Of a DNA stretch of 64,000 nucleotides, positions 50,708 through 61,139 are shown piece after piece. Position 1 is the first letter of the stretch. Each line of letters starts with the position of its first letter. Under the pieces are notes generated by a model that saw nothing but the letters and a program-made list of their open reading frames with translations, was not told where the DNA came from and searched no databases. The position numbers were made by a program, and so were the translations under genes. The DNA is taken from assembly GCA_050174015.1 (NCBI GenBank), contig JBFXKG010000007.1, positions 32,001-96,000 on the forward strand. Reading direction: 5' to 3'. Source of the DNA: Candidatus Krumholzibacteriia bacterium. GTDB taxonomy: Bacteria > Krumholzibacteriota > Krumholzibacteriia > LZORAL124-64-63.

Positions 50708-53700
50708 ATGACAATGGAGACCAACGCGCCTGCGTGCAGCGGGTCCGACCGGGGTCGGGGACTGCTGCACGCTGCTCTCGTGGACACCGTCGCCGGCGAG
50801 GGCCTGCTCGAGGCCGCCGCCAGGGTGGAGTCCGCCCTGCGCGCCCTGCCTTCACCCCCGGCGCCCCTGCTGGTCAGCGGCCTGAACGGGGGGGCGACGC
50901 CTGCCCTGCTGGCCGCCCTGGCCCAGCAGACCGGCCGCGGCGCCCTGCTCGTGGCTCCGGACCGCAAGTCCTCCGAGCAGCTGGCCGACGACCTGGAGAT
51001 CTGGCTGGGCCCCGCGAACGTGGTCTATCTCCCCCAGCAGGACGTGCTGGCCTTCGACCGCAACTCGCCCGAGCCCGCCATGGTCGGGGACTTCTTTCTC
51101 GGGCTGGACCGCATCCGCGGCGGAACCGATGCGGTGATCGTCACCTCCCTGGCCGCCTTGCGTCAGCGCATCATGGCCCCGGGTGACCTCCTGCGGGCCA
51201 CCCTGCGCCTCAGGTGCGACCAGCGGGTGGACATCGGCGCCCTGTGCGTCCAGCTCGTGCAGAGGGGCTACAGGCCGGCGGGGATGGTCGCCAAGGTCGG
51301 GGACTTCGCCCGCCGCGGCGGGCTCCTGGACGTGTTCACGCCGGGGGACCAGCCCCTGCGCATCGAGTTCTTCGACGACGAGATCGTCTCCATCCGCAGA
51401 TTCGAGGTCGAATCCCAGCGCACCACCGACCGCAGCCAGGAAGCGGTGATCCTGCCGGTCAGCCATCTGCTGATCGACGACGACGCCGTCCTGGCGTGCC
51501 TGTCCCGCCTGGAGGCCAGGCTGGCCGAGGCCGGGGAGGAGGCCGACCAGGACCAGATCCACGACCTCGAAGCGCGGCTGGAGGACCGCCTGGTCGACGA
51601 CGGCCTGGAGTCCTACCTGCCCTGGCTGGGGGCCTCGGCCCTGCTGACGGACTACCTGCCCGAAGGGCTGCGCATCTTCTGGATCGATCCGGTGCGCCTG
51701 AAGGAGCAGTCCGAACTGCTGGACGGCGAGATGCCTCGCCTGCGCGAAGGCCGCCTGGACCGGGAGCCCTTCATGCCGGAGCTGGAGGAGATGGTCGAGC
51801 CGGCCGAGCGCCTGGGGCTGCCCCGGTTCACCCATGCCTTCGTGACGGGGTCCTGGATCGCCGGGGATCCGGCCGGGCGCTGGCTCGGCTTCGAGCCCGG
51901 CGCCCAGATCGCCTTCAGGACCGGCGGCCAGGAACTCAGGGGCGGCGACGTGACCCGCCTGCGCGATGACCTGTGCCGCAGGGAGGCGGACGGCCAGGCG
52001 GTCCTGCTGGTCTGCGACAACCAGGGCCAGGCGGACCGGTTGACCGACCTGATCGACGACACCGACGGGATCCCGCCGGCCACGCGGCCCCTGGTGGGCG
52101 CCCTGTCCGCGGGGTTCGACTGGCCGGAAGCCCGGCTGGCCGTGGTGACCGACCACGAGTTCTTCGACCGCTACCGCAGGCCCGTGCGCGTCCGCCACCG
52201 CAGCAGCGGGCTGGTGAAGGAACGGGCCTCCCTCCGCCCGGGCGAGTACGTCGTTCATCTGGAATACGGCATCGGCCGCTACCGGGGCCTGGAGGTCATC
52301 ACCGTCGAGGGCGCCCAGCGCGAGTGCCTGGTCGTGGAGTACGCCGAGGACGGCAAGGTCTACGTCCCGGTCGAGAACATCGACCAGATCGAGCGGTACA
52401 GTTCCGATCAGGGCGCCTCGCCGCCGCTGGCGCGCCTGGGGTCCGGCAGCTGGCTCAAGGTCAAGGGCCGGGCGAGCAAGGCGATCCGGGCCATGGCCGC
52501 CGAGCTCATGGAGATCTACGCCGCGCGGCGGGCCCGGCCGGGCCACGCCTTCCCGCCCGATTCCCCCATGCAGAAGGCTCTGGACGAGTCGTTCCTGTAC
52601 GACGAGACCCCCGACCAGGTCACGGCCATCGCGGAGGTCAAGCGCGACATGGAGGACAGCCAGCCCATGGACCGCCTCGTGTGCGGCGACGTGGGTTTCG
52701 GGAAGACCGAGGTGGCCATCCGGGCGGCCTTCAAGGCGGTGACCGCGGGCAAGCAGGTGGCGGTGCTCTGCCCGACCACCCTGCTGGCCCAGCAGCACGG
52801 CGAGACCTTCGGGGAGCGGTACCGGGACTTCCCCGTGCGGGTCGAGACCATCAGCCGCTTCCGCACGCCGGCCGAACAGAAAGACATCCTGGACCGTTGC
52901 GCGGCCGGCAAGGTCGATCTGCTGGTCGGCACCCACCGGCTGCTGTCGCGGGACGTGCGGTTCAAGGACCTGGGCCTGCTGGTGATCGACGAGGAGCAGC
53001 GGTTCGGGGTCAAGCACAAGGAACGCATCAAGGAGCTGAAGCGGCAGGTCGACGTGATCACGCTCAGCGCCACGCCCATCCCGCGCACCCTCTACCTGGC
53101 CCTCATGGGGGCCAGGGACATGTCGCTGATCAACACCCCGCCGCGGGACCGTCTGCCCATCCACACCGAGCTGTGCGCCTTCAGCAAGCAGATCCTGGTG
53201 GAGGCCATCCTGCGCGAGCTCCACCGCGGGGGGCAGGTCTTCTTCGTCCACAACCGGGTGCAGACCATCGAGGGGACCGCCCAGCTGATCCGCGAGCTGC
53301 TGCCCAACGTGCGGGTGGCCTGGGCGCACGGGCAGATGAAGGAGGAGAAGCTCGAGAGGATCATGACCGACTTCCTCGCCCACGAGTTCGACGTGCTCGT
53401 GGCCACGGCGATCATCGAGTCGGGTCTGGACATGCCGCGGGTCAACACCATCATCATCGACCGCGCGGACCGCTTCGGACTGGCCCAGCTCTACCAGCTG
53501 CGGGGCCGGGTGGGCCGCAGCAATCACCGCGCCTTCGCCTACCTGATGACCCCCCCGGGAGAGCGCCTGACCCCGGACGCCCGCCGCCGCCTGGCCGCCC
53601 TCGAGGAATTCCAGGCCCTCGGTTCGGGCTACCACATCGCCATGCGGGACCTGGAGATCCGCGGCGCCGGCAACCTGCTGGGCGAGGAGCAGCACGGCCA

Positions 53701-54235
53701 CATGGAGGCCATCGGATTCGACCTGTACTGCCGCCTCCTGGAGGAAACGGTGGCGGAACTTCAGGGCGGCGGCGGTGTTGCACCGCTGGACGTGAAGGTG
53801 GATCTGCGGGTAAGCGCTTTCCTGCCCGACGATTACGTCGGGGATCCCCAGCAGAAGATGGATCTCTACCGGCGGGTGGCCAGGCTGCGCAAGCAGGCCG
53901 GATGCCAGAGGATGGCGGAGGAATTCAGGGACCGTTACGGGCGGATGCCCGCGCCCGTGGAGAACCTGCTGGACATCCAGCGGTTGCGGATCCTGGCCGG
54001 GTCGGCCGGCGTCGCCGAGATCAAGGCCACGCGGCAGGGAGTGGATTTCTTTTTCGCTGGCGGGCAGGAACCGCCCCCGCCTATAATTCAGGGCTTGATG
54101 GAATCAGGCCCCCAAGGCCTCAAATTCAAGGCCGTCGATCAATTCATCATGAAGGTGCCCGCCGCCAGGGAGGAACAACTGGTGGTGGCCGCGGTCATGC
54201 TCGAACGTCTGCTCGAGCTGCGTGACAAGGAGTGA
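50708..54235 (+). CDS. mfd: Transcription-repair coupling factor
   Basis: UvrB-like N-terminus, [50 protein letters not shown]. Confidence 0.97.
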   Translation: MTMETNAPACSGSDRGRGLLHAALVDTVAGEGLLEAAARVESALRALPSPPAPLLVSGLNGGATPALLAALAQQTGRGALLVAPDRKSSEQLADDLEIWLGPANVVYLPQQDVLAFDRNSPEPAMVGDFFLGLDRIRGGTDAVIVTSLAALRQRIMAPGDLLRATLRLRCDQRVDIGALCVQLVQRGYRPAGMVAKVGDFARRGGLLDVFTPGDQPLRIEFFDDEIVSIRRFEVESQRTTDRSQEAVILPVSHLLIDDDAVLACLSRLEARLAEAGEEADQDQIHDLEARLEDRLVDDGLESYLPWLGASALLTDYLPEGLRIFWIDPVRLKEQSELLDGEMPRLREGRLDREPFMPELEEMVEPAERLGLPRFTHAFVTGSWIAGDPAGRWLGFEPGAQIAFRTGGQELRGGDVTRLRDDLCRREADGQAVLLVCDNQGQADRLTDLIDDTDGIPPATRPLVGALSAGFDWPEARLAVVTDHEFFDRYRRPVRVRHRSSGLVKERASLRPGEYVVHLEYGIGRYRGLEVITVEGAQRECLVVEYAEDGKVYVPVENIDQIERYSSDQGASPPLARLGSGSWLKVKGRASKAIRAMAAELMEIYAARRARPGHAFPPDSPMQKALDESFLYDETPDQVTAIAEVKRDMEDSQPMDRLVCGDVGFGKTEVAIRAAFKAVTAGKQVAVLCPTTLLAQQHGETFGERYRDFPVRVETISRFRTPAEQKDILDRCAAGKVDLLVGTHRLLSRDVRFKDLGLLVIDEEQRFGVKHKERIKELKRQVDVITLSATPIPRTLYLALMGARDMSLINTPPRDRLPIHTELCAFSKQILVEAILRELHRGGQVFFVHNRVQTIEGTAQLIRELLPNVRVAWAHGQMKEEKLERIMTDFLAHEFDVLVATAIIESGLDMPRVNTIIIDRADRFGLAQLYQLRGRVGRSNHRAFAYLMTPPGERLTPDARRRLAALEEFQALGSGYHIAMRDLEIRGAGNLLGEEQHGHMEAIGFDLYCRLLEETVAELQGGGGVAPLDVKVDLRVSAFLPDDYVGDPQQKMDLYRRVARLRKQAGCQRMAEEFRDRYGRMPAPVENLLDIQRLRILAGSAGVAEIKATRQGVDFFFAGGQEPPPPIIQGLMESGPQGLKFKAVDQFIMKVPAAREEQLVVAAVMLERLLELRDKE

Positions 54236-54237
54236 AC

Positions 54238-56094
54238 ATGTTCTGCAAGCTGCCCCTGGTTCGATCGTCCGGGTTCGCCCGGCTGCTGTCCCTCGGTCTT
54301 CCGGCCGCCTTCCTGATCGGGCTGCTGGCCTTCGCGGGCTGCGGCAAGGGCGGGGACAAGGCCGCCGACCAGGCCGAGGACGTGGTGCTGGCCGAGGTGG
54401 GGAACGCCAAGGTCATGGCGAGCGAATACGAGCGCCGCCTCGCCAAGCAGGAGCTGAAGGACCTGCCGCTGGGGGAAGACGGCGCCACCCTGGACATGGG
54501 CGGCCTGGAGGGCAAGCGCGCGTTCCTGGAGACCCTGATCAACAAGGAGCTGATGCGGCAGAAGGCCATCCAGCTGGGTTACCCCAACGAACCGAAGATC
54601 GCCGGCGCCCGGGCCTCGCTCACCGATTACCATTCCGGACTGGCCCTCTGGGAGAAGGCGATCGCCGAGCCGTCCGGCACCATCAGCGTGGAGGAGCTCC
54701 AGGACTTCTACGACAAGATGGACGCCACCCGGCATTGCCGGTACCTGATCACCAACTTCCTCGAGGACGCCCAGAAGGCCAGGACCATGGCCATGGGCGG
54801 GGCCGACTGGGACGACGTGGCCGCCGAGTACCATGACGGCGAGATCCCTCCCACCGGCAAGTTCGAGATCGAGGTGCCCTTCGGGCGCTACGGGACCGAT
54901 TTCGAGGACCCCATCTTCGCCGCGGAGATCGGTGATATCACCGAGCCCATCCTGACCTCCTACGGCTACTGGGTCGTGAGCGTCGACGAGGAGACCCGGC
55001 TGAAGCCCGGCAAGAAGCCGGACCTGGAGGCCTCCAAGGCGCAGATCCTGGACACCACCTACAACCGCAAGCTCGCCAAGGCCCGCAACGACTTCCAGGA
55101 GGAGCTGCGCGCCAAGTACAAGCTGACCATCGACGAGGACGCCCTGTGGATCTGCTACCAGGGCCTGCCCGCGGACGAGGTGATCCTCGACCCGGAGACC
55201 AACCAGCCCGTGCCCCAGGAGGAGCTCAAGCCCCTGGACATCAAACCGGCGGACTTCGACATGCCCTTCTACTCCTACGAGGCCGAGGGCGAGGTCAAGG
55301 CCTACACCCTGGGCGACTACAAGGTCATCTTCGACCGCATGAACGTGTTCCAGCGTCCCAAGAAGAACGAGTTCCTGGGCGGCCTGCGCCAGAAGATCAA
55401 GACCGAGCTGGACAAGGCCCTGGTGAACCTGGAGGCCAAGGCCCGCAACCTCGCCGAGGATCCCGACGTGGCCTTCCAGATCAACGAGAAGATGGACGAG
55501 ATCATGATCACCAAGCTCTTCAACGAGGTGGTCAAGTATGACGAGCGGGTGACCCCCGAGGATCTGGACGCCTTCTGGGCCGAACATTCCGGCGATTACG
55601 TGGTTCCCCCGTCCCGGAACGGCCGGATGGTGGTCTGCCGCGACCGGGCCGATGCGGACAAGGCCTTCGCCGCGGCGATGGAAGGTGTCGCCTGGCGCGA
55701 GCTGCTGGTCCAGTACGGCACCGACCGCGACAACAAGGCCGTGGCCGGCCGCCTCGAGGCCGTCAAGGAGACGGCCACCGGTCCGGTCCGCGACGCACTG
55801 TTCGCCCTGGCCGAGGGTGAGATCTCCGAACCGGTGGACCTGGGTGACGGCCGCTTCGCCGTGGTCCGTTTCGAGAACGAGATCCCCGGACGCTCGGTGG
55901 AGCTTCGGGAGGTGACCGAGGAGGTCGGCAAGCGCATCAAGAAGATCCGGCAGGAGGAGGCCTTCCAGGCGCTTCTGGTCAAGTGGCGCGAGGAATTCCC
56001 CGTCACCGTCCACGAGGAGAACCTGGCGGATCTGGCCAGCTGGGATGAACTGACACGGGTCGAGACCCCCGAGAATCTCGTTCCGCGCAACTAG
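54238..56094 (+). CDS. Parvulin-type peptidyl-prolyl isomerase lipoprotein (PrsA/SurA-like)
   Basis: FAGC lipobox; two parvulin-like repeats (GDITEPILTSYGYWVV; GEISEPV...FAVV). Start GTG 54232 or ATG 54238. Confidence 0.78.
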   Translation: MFCKLPLVRSSGFARLLSLGLPAAFLIGLLAFAGCGKGGDKAADQAEDVVLAEVGNAKVMASEYERRLAKQELKDLPLGEDGATLDMGGLEGKRAFLETLINKELMRQKAIQLGYPNEPKIAGARASLTDYHSGLALWEKAIAEPSGTISVEELQDFYDKMDATRHCRYLITNFLEDAQKARTMAMGGADWDDVAAEYHDGEIPPTGKFEIEVPFGRYGTDFEDPIFAAEIGDITEPILTSYGYWVVSVDEETRLKPGKKPDLEASKAQILDTTYNRKLAKARNDFQEELRAKYKLTIDEDALWICYQGLPADEVILDPETNQPVPQEELKPLDIKPADFDMPFYSYEAEGEVKAYTLGDYKVIFDRMNVFQRPKKNEFLGGLRQKIKTELDKALVNLEAKARNLAEDPDVAFQINEKMDEIMITKLFNEVVKYDERVTPEDLDAFWAEHSGDYVVPPSRNGRMVVCRDRADADKAFAAAMEGVAWRELLVQYGTDRDNKAVAGRLEAVKETATGPVRDALFALAEGEISEPVDLGDGRFAVVRFENEIPGRSVELREVTEEVGKRIKKIRQEEAFQALLVKWREEFPVTVHEENLADLASWDELTRVETPENLVPRN

Positions 56095-56107
56095 GAACGA
56101 AAAGGGA

Positions 56108-57448
56108 ATGACGATGGACAACGCCCGCAAGGGAATCCCCGGCCCCCTGGTCCTGGCCGCAGCCGCGGCGCTCGCGCTCGCTGTTGCGGCCGGCCCGGTC
56201 CACGCCCAGGACCAGGGGCCGCTGCTGGTCGACCGCATCGTGGCCATCGTGGACGAGGAGGCCATCCTGCAGAGCGATCTGGACCGCGAGCTGGAGCTCT
56301 ACCGCATGGACCTGGAGTACCAGGGGCAGGAGATCCCCGCCGACATGACCCGGGTGCGGGAGGAGCTCCTGCAGCGACTGATCGAGAGCAAGCTGATCAT
56401 CGCGGCCGCCAAGCAGGCCGACATGACCGTCGACGAGGACGCCATCAGCCAGAGCGTCGAGGAGAAGATCCAGCAGTTCGTCGAGCACTTCGGTTCCCTG
56501 GAGAACCTGGAGAACGAGCTGCGCAAGAACGGCATGACCCTGGGCGACTACCGCGCCCGCATGCGCTCGCAGCTTCGCGACCAGCAGTACCTTCGCCTGG
56601 TCGTGGGCAAGTTCATCCGCCCGGACGTCGAGGTCCTCGAGAACGAGGTCAGGGACTATTACCTGGCCCACCTGGACGAGATGCCGGCCGACCCGGACAG
56701 CCTGACCATCGCCGACATCCTGGTCACGGTGCAGCCGTCGCTGGAGGTGCGCCAGGAGGTCCAGGGCCAGGTCACCGCCATCCAGCAGGCCCTGGCGGCC
56801 GGGCGCGACTTCGCCGACGTTGCCCGCGAGTTCTCGCGCGGTCCGGCAGCCTCCCGTGGGGGACGCATCGGCTCCTTCGGGCCCGGCGAACTCTTCGACC
56901 CCGCCCTGAACAACGCGGCCTTCAAGCTGCCCGTCGGACAGGTCAGCGAACCCGTCGTCAGCGCCCGCGGCGTGCACCTGGTGCGGGTGGACGCGGTGGA
57001 GGAGGACGGCCGCCGCACCCTCAGCCAGATCTTCCTGCCGATCACCGTGACCCAGGAGGACATCGACCGGGCCGAACAGAAGATCCGGACGGCCCGGGAC
57101 AGGATCGTCGCCGGCGAGGCTTTCAGCCTGGTGGCGGCCGAGGTCAGCGAGGACCCCGGCTCCGCCCGCAACGGCGGCGTGCTGGGCACCTTCTCGCTGG
57201 ACGACCTGTCCAGCCAGTTCCAGGAGGTCCTGCAGGGCGCGGAGGTGGGGATGGTCACCGACCCCGTCCTGACCCCCGCCGGCTGGTACGTCTTCAAGGT
57301 CCTGGACCGCACTCCCGGCCACATGTACACCTTCGACGAGCTGAAGGAGAACCTGCGGCAGGTGGTCGAGAACCAGAAGATCGAGGCGGCGCTCGCCAAG
57401 TACGTCGAGGGGCTTCGGTCCCGGTTCTTCATCGATCTGAAGGGATAG
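56108..57448 (+). CDS. surA: SurA-like chaperone/PPIase
   Basis: DRIVAIVDEEAILQSD N-domain; two parvulin domains (FADVAREFS...GG.IG; SEDPGSA.NGG.LG). Confidence 0.85.
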   Translation: MTMDNARKGIPGPLVLAAAAALALAVAAGPVHAQDQGPLLVDRIVAIVDEEAILQSDLDRELELYRMDLEYQGQEIPADMTRVREELLQRLIESKLIIAAAKQADMTVDEDAISQSVEEKIQQFVEHFGSLENLENELRKNGMTLGDYRARMRSQLRDQQYLRLVVGKFIRPDVEVLENEVRDYYLAHLDEMPADPDSLTIADILVTVQPSLEVRQEVQGQVTAIQQALAAGRDFADVAREFSRGPAASRGGRIGSFGPGELFDPALNNAAFKLPVGQVSEPVVSARGVHLVRVDAVEEDGRRTLSQIFLPITVTQEDIDRAEQKIRTARDRIVAGEAFSLVAAEVSEDPGSARNGGVLGTFSLDDLSSQFQEVLQGAEVGMVTDPVLTPAGWYVFKVLDRTPGHMYTFDELKENLRQVVENQKIEAALAKYVEGLRSRFFIDLKG

Positions 57449-57624
57449 TCAAGAGCGATACCCCTCCATCGGGCTCTGGTCCTCGGGCGCGGTTGTTCAC
57501 CGATCTGAAGGGAATGTCAAGAGCGATACCCCTCCATCGGGCTCTGTTCCTCGGGCGCGGTTGTTCACCGATCTGAAGGGAATGTCAAGAGCGATACCCC
57601 TCCATCGGGCTCTGGTCCTCGGGC
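57422..57624 (+). repeat. Tandem direct repeat, ~3 x 68 bp, including the surA 3' end
   Basis: CGATCTGAAGGGA..GTCAAGAGCGATACCCCTCCATCGGGCTCTG.TCCTCGGGC begins at 57433, 57501 and 57569. Confidence 0.92.
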
Positions 57625-57664
57625 TTCGCCCTGCGGATGAGCCCGATGAAGGGGTATCGCTCTT
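57587..57664 (+). repeat. REP/MITE-like palindromic element 1
   Basis: 26-nt arms (57587-57612 and 57639-57664, 25/26 complementary) around core TGGTCCTCGGGCTTCGCCCTGCGGAT. Confidence 0.85.
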
Positions 57665-57766
57665 CATTTCCCATCAAATCCTTGCCCACCCGATGTGACC
57701 AGGGCGAAGGTCGTCGGTGGATTCGCCATCGTGCCTTCATTGGCTCGAAGGAATACCGGAAGCAAT

Positions 57767-57838
57767 GAAGGACATCTCATTCCAGGCTCATCCGCAGGGC
57801 GAAGCCCGAGGACCAGAGCCTGGATTGAGATGTCCTTC
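57767..57838 (-). repeat. REP/MITE-like palindromic element 2 (inverted relative to element 1)
   Basis: 23-nt arms (57767-57789 and 57816-57838, 22/23 complementary) around the reverse complement of the same 26-nt core. Confidence 0.85.
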
Positions 57839-57839
57839 T

Positions 57840-59294
57840 TTACTTCTTGCCCAGATCTTCGATCAACGAAGGCAGCCAGGGGAAGGCCTCCGCCACCGCG
57901 GCTGCGTTGGCCGTGAAGGCGGCCATGGCGTCCTGGCGGCGGGACTGCCAGAGCAGGGCGACCCACGCGCGCAGGGCCTTGTCGGCCGTCTCCTGATCCA
58001 GGTCGATGGTCATCTCCACGTCCCGGCCCAGGGCCAGGGCGCAGGTCAGCAGGCCCAGGGCGGCCCCCGAATCGGCGGCGGCCCCGCGGGCCAGCAGGTC
58101 GAAGGCGGCCTCGATCCGTCCGGCTCCGATGAGGGCGCGCGCCAGCGGTTCCAGGGCGTCCGGGTTCCGTTCGAGGTGGGGGCGCACGAAGCCATGCAGG
58201 TCCGCCTGGGGCGTGAAGACGGCGACCGCCAGTAGGGCCTCCGGATCGCGGGGACCGAGGGCGGCGGCCTCCTGGGCCAGCGCGGCGGCGGTCTGCAGGT
58301 CGCCCTTGCCCGCGGCGACGCGGCACATCCCCATGACCGGACGCACCCCCGGGATGGGGTTCTCGACTCCGCCGGGGGCGAGGCAGGCCCGGTAGGCGAG
58401 GGCCGCCTCGTCCAGCCGGCCCAGCTCCTCCAGCCACATGCCCCGCCGCAGGTGCCAGGCCCCGGTCGGCCGCACCAGGCCGGCGCGCGCATCGAGCCAG
58501 TTCAGGGCCGCGGCGGGTTCGGCGAGCAGGCCCTGGGCGATCAGCGCGGCCAGCTCTCCGCTCCAGTGACGCTCCCTGAGATCCTCGTCCCGAACCCGGT
58601 CCAGCGCCCGGGAAGCCTTGAGGGCGGCCTGTTTCCAGGTCCCCTGATCGTTCCAGAAGCGGGCCTGCTCCAGCAGCTTGAACCAGCTGTAGAGGTCGTC
58701 GGGGTCGTCGCGGACCGCGGCCTCGAGCAGCCGCATGTCCCGTTCCTGCTTGTTGCGGGCGGCGGCGACTTCCCGGACGTAGCCGAGGTGGCGCACGACC
58801 CCGGTCAGGCGAACCAGCCGGCGGCCGGTCCGTTTCAGGTAGTCCCGGACGCCGTCGCCGGAATCCTCGTGGATGCGGTGCCGGAACCGGATGCCGGGAT
58901 CGTTGCGGAACAGGCGCAGCAGGTCGGCTTCCTGCACCTGGCCGTCGGGCCATTCGTTGCGCATGACCACCGTGGCGGCGCCGGCCCGGTCGTCGTCCAG
59001 CAGGTCGCGGATCTGGCCGGCCAACTGCTTGCCCGGCCGCTCATCGGCGTCGAGGAAGAGGATCCAGTCCCCGGTCGCCTCGGCGAGGCCGGCGTTGCGG
59101 GCGGCCGCGAAGTCGTCCCCCCAGGCGAAGGGGATCACCCGGGCCCCGGCGTCCTCAAGGATGGCCGCGGTGCGGTCGTCCGACCCGGTATCGACGGCCA
59201 CCAGCTCGTCCCACAGTCCGTGGGCCGCCGCCAGGAACCCCGGCAGCATGTCCTGCTCGTTGCGGACGATCATGCAGAGGCTCAGGCGGGCCAT
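57840..59294 (-). CDS. Family 2 glycosyltransferase with TPR-like C-terminus
   Basis: LSLCMIVRNE, VDTGSDD.T, DFAAARN, WILFLDADE, IHE, HLGY; helical repeats follow. Confidence 0.9.
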   Translation of the reverse strand: MARLSLCMIVRNEQDMLPGFLAAAHGLWDELVAVDTGSDDRTAAILEDAGARVIPFAWGDDFAAARNAGLAEATGDWILFLDADERPGKQLAGQIRDLLDDDRAGAATVVMRNEWPDGQVQEADLLRLFRNDPGIRFRHRIHEDSGDGVRDYLKRTGRRLVRLTGVVRHLGYVREVAAARNKQERDMRLLEAAVRDDPDDLYSWFKLLEQARFWNDQGTWKQAALKASRALDRVRDEDLRERHWSGELAALIAQGLLAEPAAALNWLDARAGLVRPTGAWHLRRGMWLEELGRLDEAALAYRACLAPGGVENPIPGVRPVMGMCRVAAGKGDLQTAAALAQEAAALGPRDPEALLAVAVFTPQADLHGFVRPHLERNPDALEPLARALIGAGRIEAAFDLLARGAAADSGAALGLLTCALALGRDVEMTIDLDQETADKALRAWVALLWQSRRQDAMAAFTANAAAVAEAFPWLPSLIEDLGKK

Positions 59295-59449
59295 GGCTGC
59301 TCCGGGGACCGGGGGCTCGAGGGACGGGTGCGATCCGGCCATTATGGTCACGGCGGCACGGATTCTGCAAGACCGGGGGCGACCTGAACCGGCGCAGGAT
59401 CCGGCATCCTCGAGGGACCGGCCCCTGCACGCCCCAGACAGCCCGGGAG

Positions 59450-60259
59450 ATGGCGTTGAATACCGACATGAACCTGGCTCCGGGGCCCCTGGACTCCCGG
59501 ACCATCATCAGCTTCAACCGCGTGAACCTGGCCTACAAGGACCAGAACGCCCTGTCGGAGGTGTCGTTCAACGTCACCAACGGCGAGTTCATGTGCCTGA
59601 CCGGCCCCAGCGGCGCCGGCAAGAGCAGCATCCTGCGCCTGATCAGCATGGACGCCTTCCCCACCGGGGGCCAGGTGCGCGTGCGGGGCATGATGTCCTC
59701 GAAGATGAACCGGCGCAAGATCCCCCAGCTGAGGCGGGAGATCGGCTTCGTGTTCCAGGACTTCCGGCTGCTGGATGACCGCAGCGTCGAGGATAACGTG
59801 GCCTTTGCACAACTCGTTGTGGGCGTACCACATAAAAGGATCGCGGAGAACGTCGCACGGGTCCTGAACAACGTGGGATTGTGGGGGAAGCGGCACCGCC
59901 TGCCCCACCAGCTGAGCGGCGGGGAGCAGCAGCGGGTGGCCATCGCCCGGGCCATGGTGAACAGCCCCAAGATCCTGCTGGCCGACGAGCCCACGGGCAA
60001 CCTGGATCCGCGCACCGCCCAGGACATCATCAACCTGCTGTTCCGGTTCAACGACGCCGGCACCTGCGTGATCTTCAGCACCCACGACCACGAGATCGTC
60101 AAGTCCTTCGGCCGCAGGGTGATCGTGCTCGAGGACGGCCGGATCGTCTCGGACAAGCAGCGCCAGGGCATCGTGGACCGCAGCGTGAATCTCGCCGACC
60201 GGATGTACCGGGCCGACCTCGATGCCGACGTGCCCAGGAAGGAACCCGCCCATGCTTAG
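59450..60259 (+). CDS. ftsE: Cell division ATP-binding protein FtsE
   Basis: GPSGAGKS, IGFVFQDFRLL, LSGGEQQRVAIARA, ADEPTGNLDP; precedes ftsX. Confidence 0.92.
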   Translation: MALNTDMNLAPGPLDSRTIISFNRVNLAYKDQNALSEVSFNVTNGEFMCLTGPSGAGKSSILRLISMDAFPTGGQVRVRGMMSSKMNRRKIPQLRREIGFVFQDFRLLDDRSVEDNVAFAQLVVGVPHKRIAENVARVLNNVGLWGKRHRLPHQLSGGEQQRVAIARAMVNSPKILLADEPTGNLDPRTAQDIINLLFRFNDAGTCVIFSTHDHEIVKSFGRRVIVLEDGRIVSDKQRQGIVDRSVNLADRMYRADLDADVPRKEPAHA

Positions 60260-61139
60260 CCGATCCCAGGCCGGATACCTCGTCCGGGAGTCCTTCGCGG
60301 GCTTCGGGCGGCGGAAGTTGACCACCGGTGTCACCATTCTGATCATGGGTTCGTCCCTGCTGGTGCTCGCGGTGCTCACCCTGGCCACCCTGAACCTGAG
60401 CAACCTGCTGGAAACCGCCCGCAGCGGCATCGACCTGCGCGTCTTCCTCGAGGACGGGATCGGCCGCGAGGACGCCGCCGAGCTGCAGCCCCACCTGGTG
60501 GCCATTCCGGGGGTTGAGCAGGCGGTCTGGATCTCCGCCGAGGACGCCCTGGAGGAGTTCCGGACGACCCTGGGCGAAGACGCCGCCGTCCTGGAGATGC
60601 TGGACTCGAATCCCCTGCCCGCCTCGTTCCACCTGACGCTCACGCCCGAGGCCCGCAACCTGACCGCCGTGGGCGCCATCCGGGCCGAGGCCGCCCGCTG
60701 GCCCCAGGTGGCCGAGATCATCTACAACCAGGACTGGATCGACGTCCTGGAGCGCTGGACGTTCCGGTTCCAGATGGTCAGCCTGGCGGTGGGGCTGGTC
60801 GTGTTCCTGGCGGCCATCTTCGTGATCTCCAACACGGTCAAACTCACCATCGCCTCCAGCGCCCGGCTGATCCAGATCCAGAAGCTGGTGGGGGCGACCA
60901 ACGCCTTCATCCGCACCCCCTTCCTGTGCGAGGGGATGATCCAGGGCCTGCTGGCCGGCTCGCTGGCCATGGGGCTGCTGGCGGTGGGCTTCTGGTTCCT
61001 GAAGGAGAACCTCGAGGGCCTGGTGCCCTTCACCCCGGCCCAGATGGGCGGATTCGTCCTGCTGTGCATGTTCCTGGGCCTGGCCGGCAGCTGGGCGGCC
61101 ATGCGCAAGTACCTGACCCTGCAGAGCGAGACGGCATGA
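60252..61139 (+). CDS. ftsX: Cell division permease FtsX
   Basis: NPLPASF, ISNTVKL, LVGATNAFIRTPFL.EG; four TM helices. Confidence 0.92.
   Translation: MLSRSQAGYLVRESFAGFGRRKLTTGVTILIMGSSLLVLAVLTLATLNLSNLLETARSGIDLRVFLEDGIGREDAAELQPHLVAIPGVEQAVWISAEDALEEFRTTLGEDAAVLEMLDSNPLPASFHLTLTPEARNLTAVGAIRAEAARWPQVAEIIYNQDWIDVLERWTFRFQMVSLAVGLVVFLAAIFVISNTVKLTIASSARLIQIQKLVGATNAFIRTPFLCEGMIQGLLAGSLAMGLLAVGFWFLKENLEGLVPFTPAQMGGFVLLCMFLGLAGSWAAMRKYLTLQSETA

Noticed and set aside
57422..57624. Possible CRISPR array
   Set aside because: Units are contiguous near-identical 68-mers with no unique spacers, and there are no cas genes in the window.
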